Shown: in pieces, positions 29,314 to 39,813 of the stretch
Layout: each line of letters begins with the position of its first letter
Position numbering within the stretch: position 1 is the first letter of the stretch
Source: a bacterium
Lineage (GTDB): Bacteria; UBA8248
Direction: 5' to 3'
Assembly (NCBI GenBank): GCA_963692865.2
Contig: OY843592.1
Span: 1 to 64,000 of the forward strand
Length of the DNA: 64,000 nt
Position numbers and translations under genes: made by a program
Notes under the pieces: model-generated
Database searches by the model: none
Told to the model about the DNA's origin: nothing
The model's input: the letters and a program-made list of their open reading frames with translations, nothing else

Positions 29314-31225
29314 GCTCCGCCAGATCGGCAGAATCAGCCTCGCCTTCCATCAGATCGCGAGCCGCCTGGGTGATATCGCCCGGCGTAAGTCCGCAATCTT
29401 CGCGCTGGAGTTGAGGCGCCCCGTGTTCGATGAACCTATCGGGAATGCCCAAAACCGCGGTGGAAACGTCCCGGACGCCATGCTCCGCCAAAAGCTCCAG
29501 AACGCCGGCCCCCATCCCGCCGACGCGCGTCCCCTCCTCAATCGTTACGACGCGCCTGCACCGCCCGGCGAGTTCCAGAACTTTCTCTTCATCCATCGGC
29601 TTCACGAAGCGGAGGTTCAGGACCGACGCCTGTATCCCGAGTTCTTCCAACTGCGCGGCGGACTCCATCGAGAGACCCACCATGGGGCCCAAGGCGATGA
29701 GAGCGACATCTTCGCCGTCGCGAAGCAGTTCCGCCTCACCAACCGGAATCGTCTCGATTTCCTCATCCATCTGCACGCCCTCACCGGAACCGCGCGCAAA
29801 GCGCACGGCCGCCGGGCCGGGATGTTCAATCGCCGTCAAGACCATTTTCTGAAGTTCGTTTTCGTCCTTCGGCGACATGATCATCATGTTCGGCAAACAC
29901 CGAAGATAGGCCAGATCATAGGCCCCCTGGTGGGTGGGGCCGTCATCGCCTACGAGACCGGCCCGATCCAGCGCGAAGGTAACAGGCACGTTCGTGAGGC
30001 AAACGTCGTGGATAATCTGATCGTAGGCGCGCTGTAAGAACGTGCTGTAAATGGCGGCGACCGGCTTCATGCCTTCCAACGCGAGCCCTGCGGCGAAAGT
30101 TACCGCATGTTGTTCGCACATCCCTACGTCGAAGCAGCGATCGGGCAACACTTTTTGATAGTTCACCAGAGCCGTGCCCTCGAGCATGGCCGCCGAGATG
30201 GCGACAATCTTTTCATCCTTTTGGCTGAGTTTGACCATCGTATCGGTAAAAACTTTAGAGTATCCCGGAGGGCCGGGCGCTTTCTTGTGGAATTTGCCGG
30301 ATTCGGGGTCGAATTTCGTCACGCCGTGATAGGTGATGGGTTCCGCCTCGCTGTAGGGATACCCGTATCCCTTGCGGGTGACGACGTGAACGAGATTGGG
30401 GCCGTCCAGGTTTTTCACGTTCCTCAGAGTAGGAATCAGCAAGTCGAGCCTGTGACCATCCACCGGGCCGATGTATCGGAAACCCAGTTCCTCAAACAAA
30501 ATGCCCGGGACGATGATGTTTTTCAGAGACTCCTCCACCCTGTCCATGAGCGTGACGGCATGACTGCCCACCATGGGCAGGTGGCCGAGTATTTTCTGGA
30601 CTTCGGCGCGCACCTTGCGGACCCGGTTCGACCATTCGCCCGTCATGATTCGCGCCAGGTAGGAACACATGGCGCCCACGTTATTCGAAATTCCCATTTT
30701 ATTGTCGTTGAGAATGACGGTGAGATTTCTCTTCGCATCACCGGCGTTGTTGAGACCTTCCATCGCCATGCCCGCGGTCAGGCTGCCGTCTCCGATGATG
30801 GCGACGACCTGAAAATCCTCGCCCGAAAGATCCCGCGCCGTGGCCATGCCCAGCGCCGCCGATATGGACGTGCCTCCATGCGCCACGTTCAGGTGGTCGT
30901 ATTCACTCTCGCGCCTGTCCGGGAAACCGGCGATTCCCTCCCACTGCCTCAGCGTATGGAACCGGTCCCGGCGCCCCGTGAGGATCTTGTGCGTGTAAGC
31001 CTGATGGCCGACGTCCCAAATCAGCTTGTCCTTCGGCGTATCGTAGAGATAGTGGAGCGCCACAACGAGTTCCGCGGCGCCCAGCGATGCGCCAAGGTGC
31101 CCGCCCGTATTGGAGGTTACCTGAATCACCATGTCGCGGAGCTCATCCACGACCTGGGGAAGTTCTTCCTCCGGTAATCGCCTCAAATCCACCGGGTTGT
31201 CTATACGCTCGAGCAATTCACCCAT
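29288..31225 (-). CDS. dxs: 1-deoxy-D-xylulose-5-phosphate synthase
   Basis: GGHLGASLG, WDVGHQAY, DRAGLVGDDGPTHQG. Confidence 0.97.
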   Translation of the reverse strand: MGELLERIDNPVDLRRLPEEELPQVVDELRDMVIQVTSNTGGHLGASLGAAELVVALHYLYDTPKDKLIWDVGHQAYTHKILTGRRDRFHTLRQWEGIAGFPDRRESEYDHLNVAHGGTSISAALGMATARDLSGEDFQVVAIIGDGSLTAGMAMEGLNNAGDAKRNLTVILNDNKMGISNNVGAMCSYLARIMTGEWSNRVRKVRAEVQKILGHLPMVGSHAVTLMDRVEESLKNIIVPGILFEELGFRYIGPVDGHRLDLLIPTLRNVKNLDGPNLVHVVTRKGYGYPYSEAEPITYHGVTKFDPESGKFHKKAPGPPGYSKVFTDTMVKLSQKDEKIVAISAAMLEGTALVNYQKVLPDRCFDVGMCEQHAVTFAAGLALEGMKPVAAIYSTFLQRAYDQIIHDVCLTNVPVTFALDRAGLVGDDGPTHQGAYDLAYLRCLPNMMIMSPKDENELQKMVLTAIEHPGPAAVRFARGSGEGVQMDEEIETIPVGEAELLRDGEDVALIALGPMVGLSMESAAQLEELGIQASVLNLRFVKPMDEEKVLELAGRCRRVVTIEEGTRVGGMGAGVLELLAEHGVRDVSTAVLGIPDRFIEHGAPQLQREDCGLTPGDITQAARDLMEGEADSADLAEHGKKTEAR

Positions 31226-31342
31226 ATATCATCTCCCCCACGGGAACTCATCTTAAACCGAATCTTATTTCATCAAGGGAACGTCTCGTACGACGACATT
31301 CCACGGTCACTCAAAGATTAACTACAAAATGATAATCAATCG

Positions 31343-32269
31343 TCAGAAGCGACGCAAGATAATAAAATGCGCCAAAGATTCCAGTTCAGGCGCTTTATTC
31401 GGGAAAATTTCAAGCGCTTGCAATGCTTCCTCGCAAGTGGAGCGCGCAAGTTGTTTCGATTTCTCCATTCCATACAAGGCGGGATAAGTTGCCTTGTTCA
31501 ATCCTTCATCCGAGCCTATGGGCTTTCCCATGAGGGCCTCATCACCTTCCACGTCCAAAATGTCGTCCACGATTTGAAACGCCAGTCCAATCTTCTCGCC
31601 ATAAACATGCAGCGCTGTTATCTGCGCTTCATCACCGCCGCCGAGGAGGCCCCCCAAACAAACGGAAACCCTCAAAAGCGCACCCGTCTTTCTCCTGTGG
31701 ATTTCCTCCAGATGCGCCACGTCGCTCACCAGGCCATTGGCCCGAACGTCCAGAAGCTGTCCCCCCACCATGCCGGTAGCGCCCGCCGCATCGGCGACCA
31801 TCCGAATCGCTTTCACATGACGCTCAGGTGAAACTTTCGCACCCATTTGCTCATTCGCCATCAACTCGAAGGCCAGGGCCTGCAACCCGTCACCCGCGAG
31901 GATCGCCGCCGCCTCGCCGTATACCTTGTGGCTCGTAGGCATCCCGCGCCTCAGGTCGTCATCGTCCATGGCGGGCAGATCATCATGGATCAGAGAATAA
32001 GAATGGATGCACTCCAGGGCGCACGCGGCGGGCAGGATGAATTCGGGGTCTGCGCCTACGGCTTCACAACCGGCCAGACAAAGCACGGGGCGCAGGCGTT
32101 TCCCCCCGGCGAAAAGGCTGTAACGCATGATCTCGAAAATCTCGGGCGGCGCGGAGGATTTCGGCACGAGGCGATCGAGTTCTTCTTCCACGCGCTTCGC
32201 CCAGTTGCTCAGGTAAGCCGCTGCGTCGATACGACCGGGAAGCTCGGCCTCACTCATCATCTTCACCAT
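31343..32269 (-). CDS. ispA: Farnesyl diphosphate synthase
   Basis: GGKRLRP, LIHDDLPAMDDDDLRRG, FQIVDDILD; xseB-ispA-dxs synteny. Confidence 0.93.
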   Translation of the reverse strand: MVKMMSEAELPGRIDAAAYLSNWAKRVEEELDRLVPKSSAPPEIFEIMRYSLFAGGKRLRPVLCLAGCEAVGADPEFILPAACALECIHSYSLIHDDLPAMDDDDLRRGMPTSHKVYGEAAAILAGDGLQALAFELMANEQMGAKVSPERHVKAIRMVADAAGATGMVGGQLLDVRANGLVSDVAHLEEIHRRKTGALLRVSVCLGGLLGGGDEAQITALHVYGEKIGLAFQIVDDILDVEGDEALMGKPIGSDEGLNKATYPALYGMEKSKQLARSTCEEALQALEIFPNKAPELESLAHFIILRRF

Positions 32270-32519
32270 TTTCGAGCGGCTGCAGCGAAAACGAATCTTC
32301 CGATTCCCCGACGAGTTCCTCCACCTTCTTTTGCGCCGCGTTCAACTGCTCCCGGCTATAGCGGAAGAGCTTCACGCCCTCTTCATACAGCAAAACGGCC
32401 TTCTCCAGGGAAGGCTCGCCCCCTTCGAGTTCTTCGACGATGGCTTCCAGACGCTCCAGCGCCGCCTCGAAGTTTTTTGGTTCCGCGCTTACGTTCGCGG
32501 ATTCATTCTCATTATTCAT
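32250..32519 (-). CDS. xseB: Exodeoxyribonuclease VII small subunit
   Basis: FEAALERLEAIVEELEGGEPSLEKAVLLYEEG. Confidence 0.93.
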   Translation of the reverse strand: MNNENESANVSAEPKNFEAALERLEAIVEELEGGEPSLEKAVLLYEEGVKLFRYSREQLNAAQKKVEELVGESEDSFSLQPLENGEDDE

Positions 32520-33916
32520 GGGCCCTCTCCCTCGGGGAAGACTTCTTCTACCCGGCACATCAAGCCGCCTTGCGACAAACGAACCCGCACGGATTCCGAC
32601 GCCTTCACGTCTTCGGCCTTTTTCACCAATGCGCCGTCCGGTTCCTTGTACACCAGGCTGTATCCCCGCGCCAAAACGGCCAGCGGCGACACCAACTCGA
32701 GACGTCCGGCAACCGTCCGCAGCGCGTCCGTCCTCGTCTTCGACAACAACCCATGCGCCGCGTGCAGGCGCTTCAAATCGCCTTCGAGTCTCGATATGAA
32801 CCCGCCTATTCTTTCTCCGGGCGAGAGCATCCGCAGTCTCGGCGCTATTGCGTCCAGATACGCCCGGCTCATTCGTTGTCGTTGCCTGGTTTCTCTGCAC
32901 ATTCTCTCATAGAGCGCATCCAGGCGCTGCGCCAGGGATTCGAGCGGGGCTTCGGGCCTTCTGAATGCGGGTTCTCTAAGAAAACGGGACAACCGCTCAT
33001 CGAGAGAGACCAGAATAGTTTCCACCGCCCGGAGCGCATCATGGATCAGGTCGGCGACGTCCCGGGCGACGCCCTGCCACCCTCTTGCCACCCGCTCGGC
33101 CGCCGCCGAGGGCGTAAGCGCCGACTCATCGGCCGCCAAATCACTGAGCGAGGCATCAATCTCGTGTCCCACCGCCGAAATGAGGGGAGCCCTGCAAGCG
33201 GCGATAGCCCGAACCACCTCCTCTTCGTTGAACGCCCACAAATCCTCCCGGCTTCCTCCGCCGCGGCCCGTGATGACGAGGTCCACGGGGCGCCCCAGGT
33301 TCCCGAGGTTCTCATCCGCCCTTCGGATCGCCGCCGCGATGGAAGCCGCGGCGCGCTCTCCCTGCACCAGGGTGTGGACGACGACGAGCTCGACAATCGG
33401 GGCGCGCTCCCGGAAGACCCGCAACATGTCCTGGAGGGCGGCGCCTTCTCTGCTCGTCACCAACGCCACGCGGCGGGGACGTTCGGGTATCTCCTTTTTT
33501 CGCAAAGGGTCGAACAAGCCCTCTTTTTCCAGGCGTTCGTGCAACTGGCGGAAAGCGACCTCAAGCGCGCCTTCTCCCAAAGGCTCCATGGAAAGCGCAG
33601 AAACCTGGAAGCGTCCGTCCTTCTCGTAAAGCGTCACCCGGCAGCGGATCATCACGCGCATGCCCGCTTCCGGCTCGAAGCGCAAAAACCGCCTGCGGCC
33701 AGAGAACATCACCGCGCTTACCCTGGATGCGGCGTCTTTCAGGTCGAAATAGGAATGTCCCGACGGATAGGTGCGCCAGGAGGAGATTTCCCCCTCGACC
33801 AAGACCTCGCCGAATTCGCCTTCCAGCAATTCTCTCGCGCGCGCGTTGAGTTGCGAGACGGTGAGCACCGCAGGTGCTGCGCGAGGCGTGTCGCCGCCCA
33901 GAAGGTCTACGTTCAT
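32516..33916 (-). CDS. xseA: Exodeoxyribonuclease VII large subunit
   Basis: SGHSYFDLKD, RGGGSREDLWAFN, SAVGHEID, LARGYS. Confidence 0.95.
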   Translation of the reverse strand: MNVDLLGGDTPRAAPAVLTVSQLNARARELLEGEFGEVLVEGEISSWRTYPSGHSYFDLKDAASRVSAVMFSGRRRFLRFEPEAGMRVMIRCRVTLYEKDGRFQVSALSMEPLGEGALEVAFRQLHERLEKEGLFDPLRKKEIPERPRRVALVTSREGAALQDMLRVFRERAPIVELVVVHTLVQGERAAASIAAAIRRADENLGNLGRPVDLVITGRGGGSREDLWAFNEEEVVRAIAACRAPLISAVGHEIDASLSDLAADESALTPSAAAERVARGWQGVARDVADLIHDALRAVETILVSLDERLSRFLREPAFRRPEAPLESLAQRLDALYERMCRETRQRQRMSRAYLDAIAPRLRMLSPGERIGGFISRLEGDLKRLHAAHGLLSKTRTDALRTVAGRLELVSPLAVLARGYSLVYKEPDGALVKKAEDVKASESVRVRLSQGGLMCRVEEVFPEGEGP

Positions 33917-33935
33917 TCGAGAACCCGCATCGGCG

Positions 33936-34808
33936 CTACGCCATCGCTTCCTGCGACTTGAGAGAGTAAGCGCGCACCGTATTCGCCATCAGCATGGCGA
34001 CCGTCATGGGTCCCACGCCGCCCGGCACGGGCGTGATGGCGGAAACCTTCTCGAGCAACGGTTCGAAATCACAATCGCCGACCAACTCTCCATCCACACG
34101 GTTGATGCCGACGTCGACCACCACCGCCCCTTGGCGAACCATGTCCGCGGTCAGGAATTTCGGCCTCCCCATGGCGGCCACAACGATGTCGGCTTCTCTG
34201 GTGATGGCGGGAATATCGCGCGTCCGGGAGTGGCACACGGTAATCGTCGCGTTCTCGTGCATCATCAAAATGGCCAATGGAAGCCCGACGATCTTGCTGC
34301 GCCCGATGATGGCGGTTTTCTTGCCTTCCAGGCCGATATCGTAGAACTTCAGAATCTCGAGCACGCCTGCGGGCGTACAGGGCTTGAGCGTGCCCTGCTT
34401 GAGCGCCAGCTTTCCGAAATTCTCCGGGTGGAATACGTCGGCGTCCTTTCGGGGGGAGACCCTGCGCAACACCTCTTCTTCGTTCAGGTGTCCTGGGAGC
34501 GGCAGCTGCACCAGCATCCCGTCCACTTCGTCGTCGTGGTTCAACTCCTCGATGAGCGAGACGACGTCCTCTTGCCTCGCGTCCTCGCCGAGATGGTGAT
34601 CGAAGGTGCGGATGCCGAGCTTCTTGGCGGAACGCCCCTTGATGCGGACGTATACCTGGGAGGCCGGGTCCTCGCCCACGAGCACGACGGCGAGACCCGG
34701 CGGCCTGCCCACCTTGGGAAGCAAGGCATCGATGGAGGTCTTGAGCTCCTCCATCACCTTTTCCGCCACGGGTTTGCCTTCAAGCAGCAGGGCTTGTGCC
34801 ATCTTCAT
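33936..34808 (-). CDS. folD: Bifunctional methylenetetrahydrofolate dehydrogenase/cyclohydrolase
   Basis: LVQLPLP, PCTPAG, TPVPGGVGPMT. Confidence 0.96.
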   Translation of the reverse strand: MKMAQALLLEGKPVAEKVMEELKTSIDALLPKVGRPPGLAVVLVGEDPASQVYVRIKGRSAKKLGIRTFDHHLGEDARQEDVVSLIEELNHDDEVDGMLVQLPLPGHLNEEEVLRRVSPRKDADVFHPENFGKLALKQGTLKPCTPAGVLEILKFYDIGLEGKKTAIIGRSKIVGLPLAILMMHENATITVCHSRTRDIPAITREADIVVAAMGRPKFLTADMVRQGAVVVDVGINRVDGELVGDCDFEPLLEKVSAITPVPGGVGPMTVAMLMANTVRAYSLKSQEAMA

Positions 34809-34856
34809 CCTTCATCATCGGGCGCGGCGGTCACATACTATCATCTCGAATAAGCG

Positions 34857-35828
34857 CTACACCAGAATTTTTCCGTCCTGGATGATCATCCGTTCATCCG
34901 CCCACACGGTGGGGTTGTCGAAAATCATGTCGATGTGGAGCGGGGCTTCGACCACGCCCCCGATGCTGCCGCTGTCGCCCACCGCCATGTGGCACGTGCC
35001 CCACGTCTTTTTCGCCTCCCGCATCGTCTCGCGCGGCCTGCACGCCGGGTTCGTGCCGATGGCGAACTCCGCCACGTTCTTCGCCAAGTCGCCGTTTTCA
35101 TCCAGCAGTCTCCAGAACCGGTCCGCGGCGGCGCTTCCGGTGATGGACACCACTTTCCCGTCTTTGATTTCAAGACGCATGGGCTCGGTGACGAAACCCA
35201 AATCCTTTCGCTCGATGGAGAAGGGATTCACCATCACGCCGTTCGACGTGCCCTCCAGGGGACTCATGGCCGCTTCCCCGTCGGGACACGCCGCGAATTC
35301 ACCGGATTTTCTCGCCACGCCGATGAGGGGGAAGCAAGTCCTGCCCTCCAGCGAAAACTCCATGTCGCAACCATCCGGCGTCGTGAACCGGCCCGTTTTG
35401 GCCTCGGTGTAGATGTCGGAAATCGTTCGGGTGACCCGGGCGACCTCGTCGTAATCGGCCAGGGCGCCGCCTGCGACCATCATGTCCTCGCGCCATCCCC
35501 ACATGTCCAGGACGCGCGCGCCCTCCCTGAGCGCGTTCCTCGCCGTCTCGGTGTGGATGGTGGCGAAGCTGGTCTGGAGTATCACCACGTCTGAAGCCGC
35601 CATCGCCGCCCCCACGTGGGGCAGCGGGTCGATTCCCCCGTTCATGTGAGGGGGCATGTGCATGACGGAGAGCTTCGCGCCCGCGGCGCTCAAGGCATGC
35701 GCCAGCGCTTCGGTTACGGAGGCGGGACGATCCGAATCCGTCACGAGAAGCACCAGTTCGCCCTCCTTCACGTCGAGAACCTGCTCTACGATTCGCCTGG
35801 CGGTAGGCGCCATGTTGAATTTCACCAT
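34857..35828 (-). CDS. Thermophilic metalloprotease (M29)/aminopeptidase-like protein
   Basis: [24 protein letters not shown]. Confidence 0.8.
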   Translation of the reverse strand: MVKFNMAPTARRIVEQVLDVKEGELVLLVTDSDRPASVTEALAHALSAAGAKLSVMHMPPHMNGGIDPLPHVGAAMAASDVVILQTSFATIHTETARNALREGARVLDMWGWREDMMVAGGALADYDEVARVTRTISDIYTEAKTGRFTTPDGCDMEFSLEGRTCFPLIGVARKSGEFAACPDGEAAMSPLEGTSNGVMVNPFSIERKDLGFVTEPMRLEIKDGKVVSITGSAAADRFWRLLDENGDLAKNVAEFAIGTNPACRPRETMREAKKTWGTCHMAVGDSGSIGGVVEAPLHIDMIFDNPTVWADERMIIQDGKILV

Positions 35829-36017
35829 TTCATCACCCCTGCGTATTGGAAACCAAGAATTGACAATACCTCGATTAGAATGAATCGACTCCCGGCGGAA
35901 CTGCTTTTTGAACCGCCGCATTATATGGGCCAGGGAAAGGTGGTCGCAAGAGCGCGGCCCGATGTGCGAGAATCGCTCGGCGTCCATGGCTATCTATCCT
36001 TAAAAGCGAGCGCACAG

Positions 36018-36434
36018 GTGAAAACCCCCAGAAATCCTTACCTTACGGTGGACGTCATCATAGAGTTCGAGCGCGAGAGCGGCGAGCGGGGCGTCGTGAT
36101 GATCGAACGGAAAAATCCGCCCCATGGCTGGGCGCTGCCGGGCGGATTCGTCGACTACGGGGAATCGCTTGAAACGGCCGCCGTTCGAGAAGCCAGGGAA
36201 GAAACCTCGCTCGACGTGGAGTTGATCCGCCAGTTCCACGCATACAGCGACCCCGAGCGCGACGAGAGGCAGCACAACGTCACAATCGTGTTCATTGCAA
36301 GACCCCTCGGCGGCGCGCTCAAGGCGCGGGACGATGCGAGGCGCGCAGGCGTTTTCGGCAAGAATTCCCTGCCCGCTGAAATCGCATTTGATCACGCGGA
36401 CATTCTAAGCGATTATTTTTCAAGGAAGTATTAG
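36018..36434 (+). CDS. NUDIX hydrolase
   Basis: Nudix box [24 protein letters not shown]. Confidence 0.92.
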   Translation: MKTPRNPYLTVDVIIEFERESGERGVVMIERKNPPHGWALPGGFVDYGESLETAAVREAREETSLDVELIRQFHAYSDPERDERQHNVTIVFIARPLGGALKARDDARRAGVFGKNSLPAEIAFDHADILSDYFSRKY

Positions 36435-36546
36435 CATGAACCTTCATTGCGAAAGGCGTACCGGAATACTCTGTGCTATCATGGATGCGCAACGCGGGGG
36501 GACACGTTTGTTTCCCCGGTTTTTCTTTGACTGAAGGTTACAAGCC

Positions 36547-37254
36547 ATGGGTGGACTACTCGGAAGTTTCGGGCGCGGATTCGAATCGATTCGAAAGGAC
36601 ATCGCCGCCGTCATGGAGCGCGACCCGGCCTGCAGATCGAAACTGGAGGTGATCCTTTGCTATCCGGGATTCCACGCCGTCTGCCTCCACCGGATGGCCC
36701 ACTATTTCTGGAAACGGGGATTTCTGATCCTTGCGCGGTGGCTGAGCCACTGGAACCGGTTCATCACGGGCATCGAAATCCACCCCGGCGCGCAGATCGG
36801 CGAGGGGCTTTTCATCGACCACGGGATGGGCGTCGTCATCGGTGAAACGACGCAGATCGGGAAAAACTGCACCATCTACCAGGGGGTGACGCTCGGCGGC
36901 GTGAGCCTCAAGAAGGAAAAAAGGCATCCCTCCCTGGAGGGCAACGTCGTCGTAGGCGTGGGCGCCCGGGTGTTGGGTCCGCACGTCATCGGCGCGGGCA
37001 GCCGCATCGGCGCGAGTTCGGTCGTCATCTCGGACGTTCCGCCCGGCTGCACCGTCGTCGGCGTGCCCGCGCGCATCGTCTACCGGGAGGGGCAAGGCAA
37101 AACCGACGATCTGCTCCCCGTATCTTTCGAGCACCACGAGTTGCCCGACCCGGTGGAGGCGGCCATTCAGGCGCTGAACCAGCGCATCGCGGCTTTGGAG
37201 AAAGAACTCTCCCACTTGCGAGAACCGGCACGGGAAAAACAAGAGTCCCCATGA
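36547..37254 (+). CDS. cysE: Serine O-acetyltransferase
   Basis: [26 protein letters not shown]. Confidence 0.95.
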   Translation: MGGLLGSFGRGFESIRKDIAAVMERDPACRSKLEVILCYPGFHAVCLHRMAHYFWKRGFLILARWLSHWNRFITGIEIHPGAQIGEGLFIDHGMGVVIGETTQIGKNCTIYQGVTLGGVSLKKEKRHPSLEGNVVVGVGARVLGPHVIGAGSRIGASSVVISDVPPGCTVVGVPARIVYREGQGKTDDLLPVSFEHHELPDPVEAAIQALNQRIAALEKELSHLREPAREKQESP

Positions 37255-38420
37255 AAACCATCTACATGGACCACAACGCGACCACCCCGATGCGGCCCGA
37301 GGTTCTGGCCGCGATGCAGCCCTATCTCGGCGAGAAATTCGGAAACCCGAACAGCATTCACCGATACGGGCGTGAAACCAGAATCGCGATAGAAAACGCC
37401 CGCGATCATGCGGCGGCGCTCATCGGCGCGGCGGAGGGCGATGAGATATTCTTCACCTCCGGCGGCACGGAAAGCGACAACTGGGCGCTTCGGGGCGTCG
37501 TCTCCGCCGCAGAGGGCGCGAGCCACGTCGTCACGACGGCCATCGAGCACGAAGCCGTACTCGCGACGTGCCAAGCCCTGGAAGCCGAAGGGGTGGAGGT
37601 CACCTACGTGAAGCCGAACCGCCAGGGGCGCGTCTCGGCCGAAGACGTGGCGGCGGCGATTCGGCCGGATACGAAAATCGCCTCCGTCATCTGGGGGAAC
37701 AACGAGGTCGGCACGGTTCAGCCGATCCATGAAATCGGCGCGATTTGCCGGGAGCGCGGCGTATTGTTCCACACCGACGCCGTGCAGGCGCTCGGCAAGG
37801 TGGAGATCGACGTGGAGCGCGCCGGCGTTTCCCTGCTCTCCGCCACCGGACACAAAATCAACGCTTCGAAGGGCGCGGGGTTTTTGTACGTCAAAAAGGG
37901 AACCAGTATCGACCCCTTCATCACCGGCGGCGGACAGGAGCAGAAACTGCGCTCGGGGACGGAAAACGTGGCCGGCATCGTGGCGATGGGAGAAGCCTGC
38001 CGCCTAGCGAAAACCGAAGGCCCGCAATCCGCCAAGAACATCGCCGCCCTGCGGGATCGGCTCGAAAACGAAATCTGCGAACACGTTCCCGACGTGCTGG
38101 TGAACGGCGATACGGCGCACAGGCTTCCCGGCACGTCGAACCTGGGCTTTATCGGCGCGGAAGGGGAGACGCTCCTGATCCGCCTCGATCTGGAGGGGGT
38201 CGCCGTGAGCACGGGCGCGGCGTGCAGTTCGGGCTCCCCCGAGCCCAGCCACGTTCTGCTGGCGATGGACCTGCCGAAGGAAACCGTGCAGGGATCGCTG
38301 CGGTTCAGCTTGGGCTACGGCAACTCGGATGCGGATATCGACAGATTGCTCGAAGTGTTGCCCGAAGCCGTCGGCAAGGTGCGCGAAATGGCGCCTCGTC
38401 TGAAATCAACAAAAGCATGA
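37251..38420 (+). CDS. iscS: Cysteine desulfurase (IscS/NifS)
   Basis: [34 protein letters not shown]. Confidence 0.93.
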   Translation: MKTIYMDHNATTPMRPEVLAAMQPYLGEKFGNPNSIHRYGRETRIAIENARDHAAALIGAAEGDEIFFTSGGTESDNWALRGVVSAAEGASHVVTTAIEHEAVLATCQALEAEGVEVTYVKPNRQGRVSAEDVAAAIRPDTKIASVIWGNNEVGTVQPIHEIGAICRERGVLFHTDAVQALGKVEIDVERAGVSLLSATGHKINASKGAGFLYVKKGTSIDPFITGGGQEQKLRSGTENVAGIVAMGEACRLAKTEGPQSAKNIAALRDRLENEICEHVPDVLVNGDTAHRLPGTSNLGFIGAEGETLLIRLDLEGVAVSTGAACSSGSPEPSHVLLAMDLPKETVQGSLRFSLGYGNSDADIDRLLEVLPEAVGKVREMAPRLKSTKA

Positions 38421-38429
38421 GAAGAACCC

Positions 38430-38813
38430 TTGGCGCCAAGAGACGACTACCACTATAACGAGACAGTCCTCGGCCATATCGCGGACCCGCGCAACATCGG
38501 CGTCATCGAAGACGCGGACGCCGAGGGAAGCGGAACGAACCCCGCCTGCGGCGATGAGGTGACGCTCTATCTCAAATTCGAAGGCGAGGCGGTCTCGGAC
38601 GCCAGGATAAGAATTCTCGGTTGCGGGGCGATTACCGCCGCCATGAGTTCTTTGACGGACATGGTGCGCGGAAAAACAGCGGAGGAGCTTTTGGAAATCA
38701 CCGCCGAGGAAATCGCGCAAAGCGTCGGCGGCCTCCCCTCCCACAAACGCCACTGCGCCACCCTCGCCCGGCGCGTGCTGCAAAACGCCCTGAAATCGAA
38801 AAGCGCAAGCTGA
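38430..38813 (+). CDS. iscU: Fe-S cluster scaffold (IscU/NifU N-terminal)
   Basis: NPACGD, GCG, KRHCA. Confidence 0.88.
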   Translation: MAPRDDYHYNETVLGHIADPRNIGVIEDADAEGSGTNPACGDEVTLYLKFEGEAVSDARIRILGCGAITAAMSSLTDMVRGKTAEELLEITAEEIAQSVGGLPSHKRHCATLARRVLQNALKSKSAS

Positions 38814-38819
38814 CCCTCC

Positions 38820-39281
38820 ATGAGGACTCCGCAGCCCGTCAGAATACTCGAACTGGACGGCTTGAAGTTTTGGGCGCTTCGCACCGAGGCCGCCGCCGGC
38901 CCCGAAATCATCGGTCTCACCCAGGCGCGCCTGCTCAGGATATGCGGGAATCTCCCCACCATCGGCCCCGCCTATGGGCTCGACTATGGAGAGAAGGGAT
39001 ACGAAGCCTGCCGGCGGGCGCTCACAGACCTGCCCATGCCCGACGCGCTTCACGAGACGGACTTTCCGGGCGGCTGGCATGCGGTGGGAGCGCACACCGG
39101 GGGATACGACACGCTTGGGCTTACACTGGGCGAGATGCTTGAAAAGTGGCTGCCGCACAGCGGATTCAGGAGAAGAGAAGGCCCCGTAGTGTACCGCTAC
39201 CTGACCGACCCCCGCGATACGGCGGAGGCCGACATCAGGACCGAAATCTGCGTGCCCGTTCAGCCTGATCCGATTGAGTGA
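38820..39281 (+). CDS. GyrI-like small-molecule-binding domain protein
   Basis: HTGGYDTL, WLPHSG, YLTDP...RTEICVPV. Confidence 0.75.
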   Translation: MRTPQPVRILELDGLKFWALRTEAAAGPEIIGLTQARLLRICGNLPTIGPAYGLDYGEKGYEACRRALTDLPMPDALHETDFPGGWHAVGAHTGGYDTLGLTLGEMLEKWLPHSGFRRREGPVVYRYLTDPRDTAEADIRTEICVPVQPDPIE

Positions 39282-39343
39282 GCCAATCGGGTGGCTTCCC
39301 GTGGCTGCCCTGCCCCCGTGGCCACCCGTGATTCGCCTTTGGT

Positions 39344-39480
39344 CGTCATTCCGGCGAAAGCCGGAATCCATTTGCGGATGCGTGTGAACGAACGGCGGCG
39401 TTTCCTCCCCCGCCGATGCGCAGGAATCCTGACGAAAGGCAAAAGGCGTAAAATGGATTCCGGCTTTCACCGGAATGACG
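39344..39480. repeat. Inverted doublet of CGTC palindromes (REPIN-like)
   Basis: CGTCATTCCGGCGAAAGCCGGAATCCA, ~83-bp spacer, then the reverse complement; spacer similar to 45560-45695. Confidence 0.85.
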
Positions 39481-39496
39481 GTGAATAATCTCGATT

Positions 39497-39787
39497 GTAG
39501 GGGCCGTTCGCGAACGGCCCCTACCGGAGCAACGGGCTTCACGAAGCGCCCTACGGAATCCTTGTCAATCGGGAATCACTCCCCCCTTGAGGGAGTTGTT
39601 GAAAAAACCGGAGAGGGAAATTTGTTGGTGTGTAGGGGTCGCATATATGCGACCCTGATTTTGTCACCCACTACAAGGGCCGCATATATGCGGCCCCTAC
39701 ACCATTGTGCGGCAAAACGGAATCGCGCCGCCGGAGTGACGATACTTTTGCTCGGTCGGCAAACAAGAATGTAGGGACAGGTCGCGA
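39497..39787. repeat. Cluster of GTAG-type REPs plus partial repeat/MITE ends
   Basis: Perfect palindrome GTAGGGGCCGTTCGCGAACGGCCCCTAC 39497-39524; doublet 39632-39700; GTAGGGACAGGTCGCGA 39771-39787. Confidence 0.8.
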
Positions 39788-39813
39788 TCATACTTCCCTA
39801 TATTCCCGATCCA

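Noticed and set aside
31847-33961. 704-aa plus-strand ORF and similar long antisense ORFs (e.g. 3018..4187, 46237..47757, 50858..52225)
   Set aside because: Shadow frames opposite well-supported genes in high-GC DNA; no recognisable motifs
28501-34808. folD-xseA-xseB-ispA-dxs-tlyA cluster as a novelty
   Set aside because: Widely conserved housekeeping synteny
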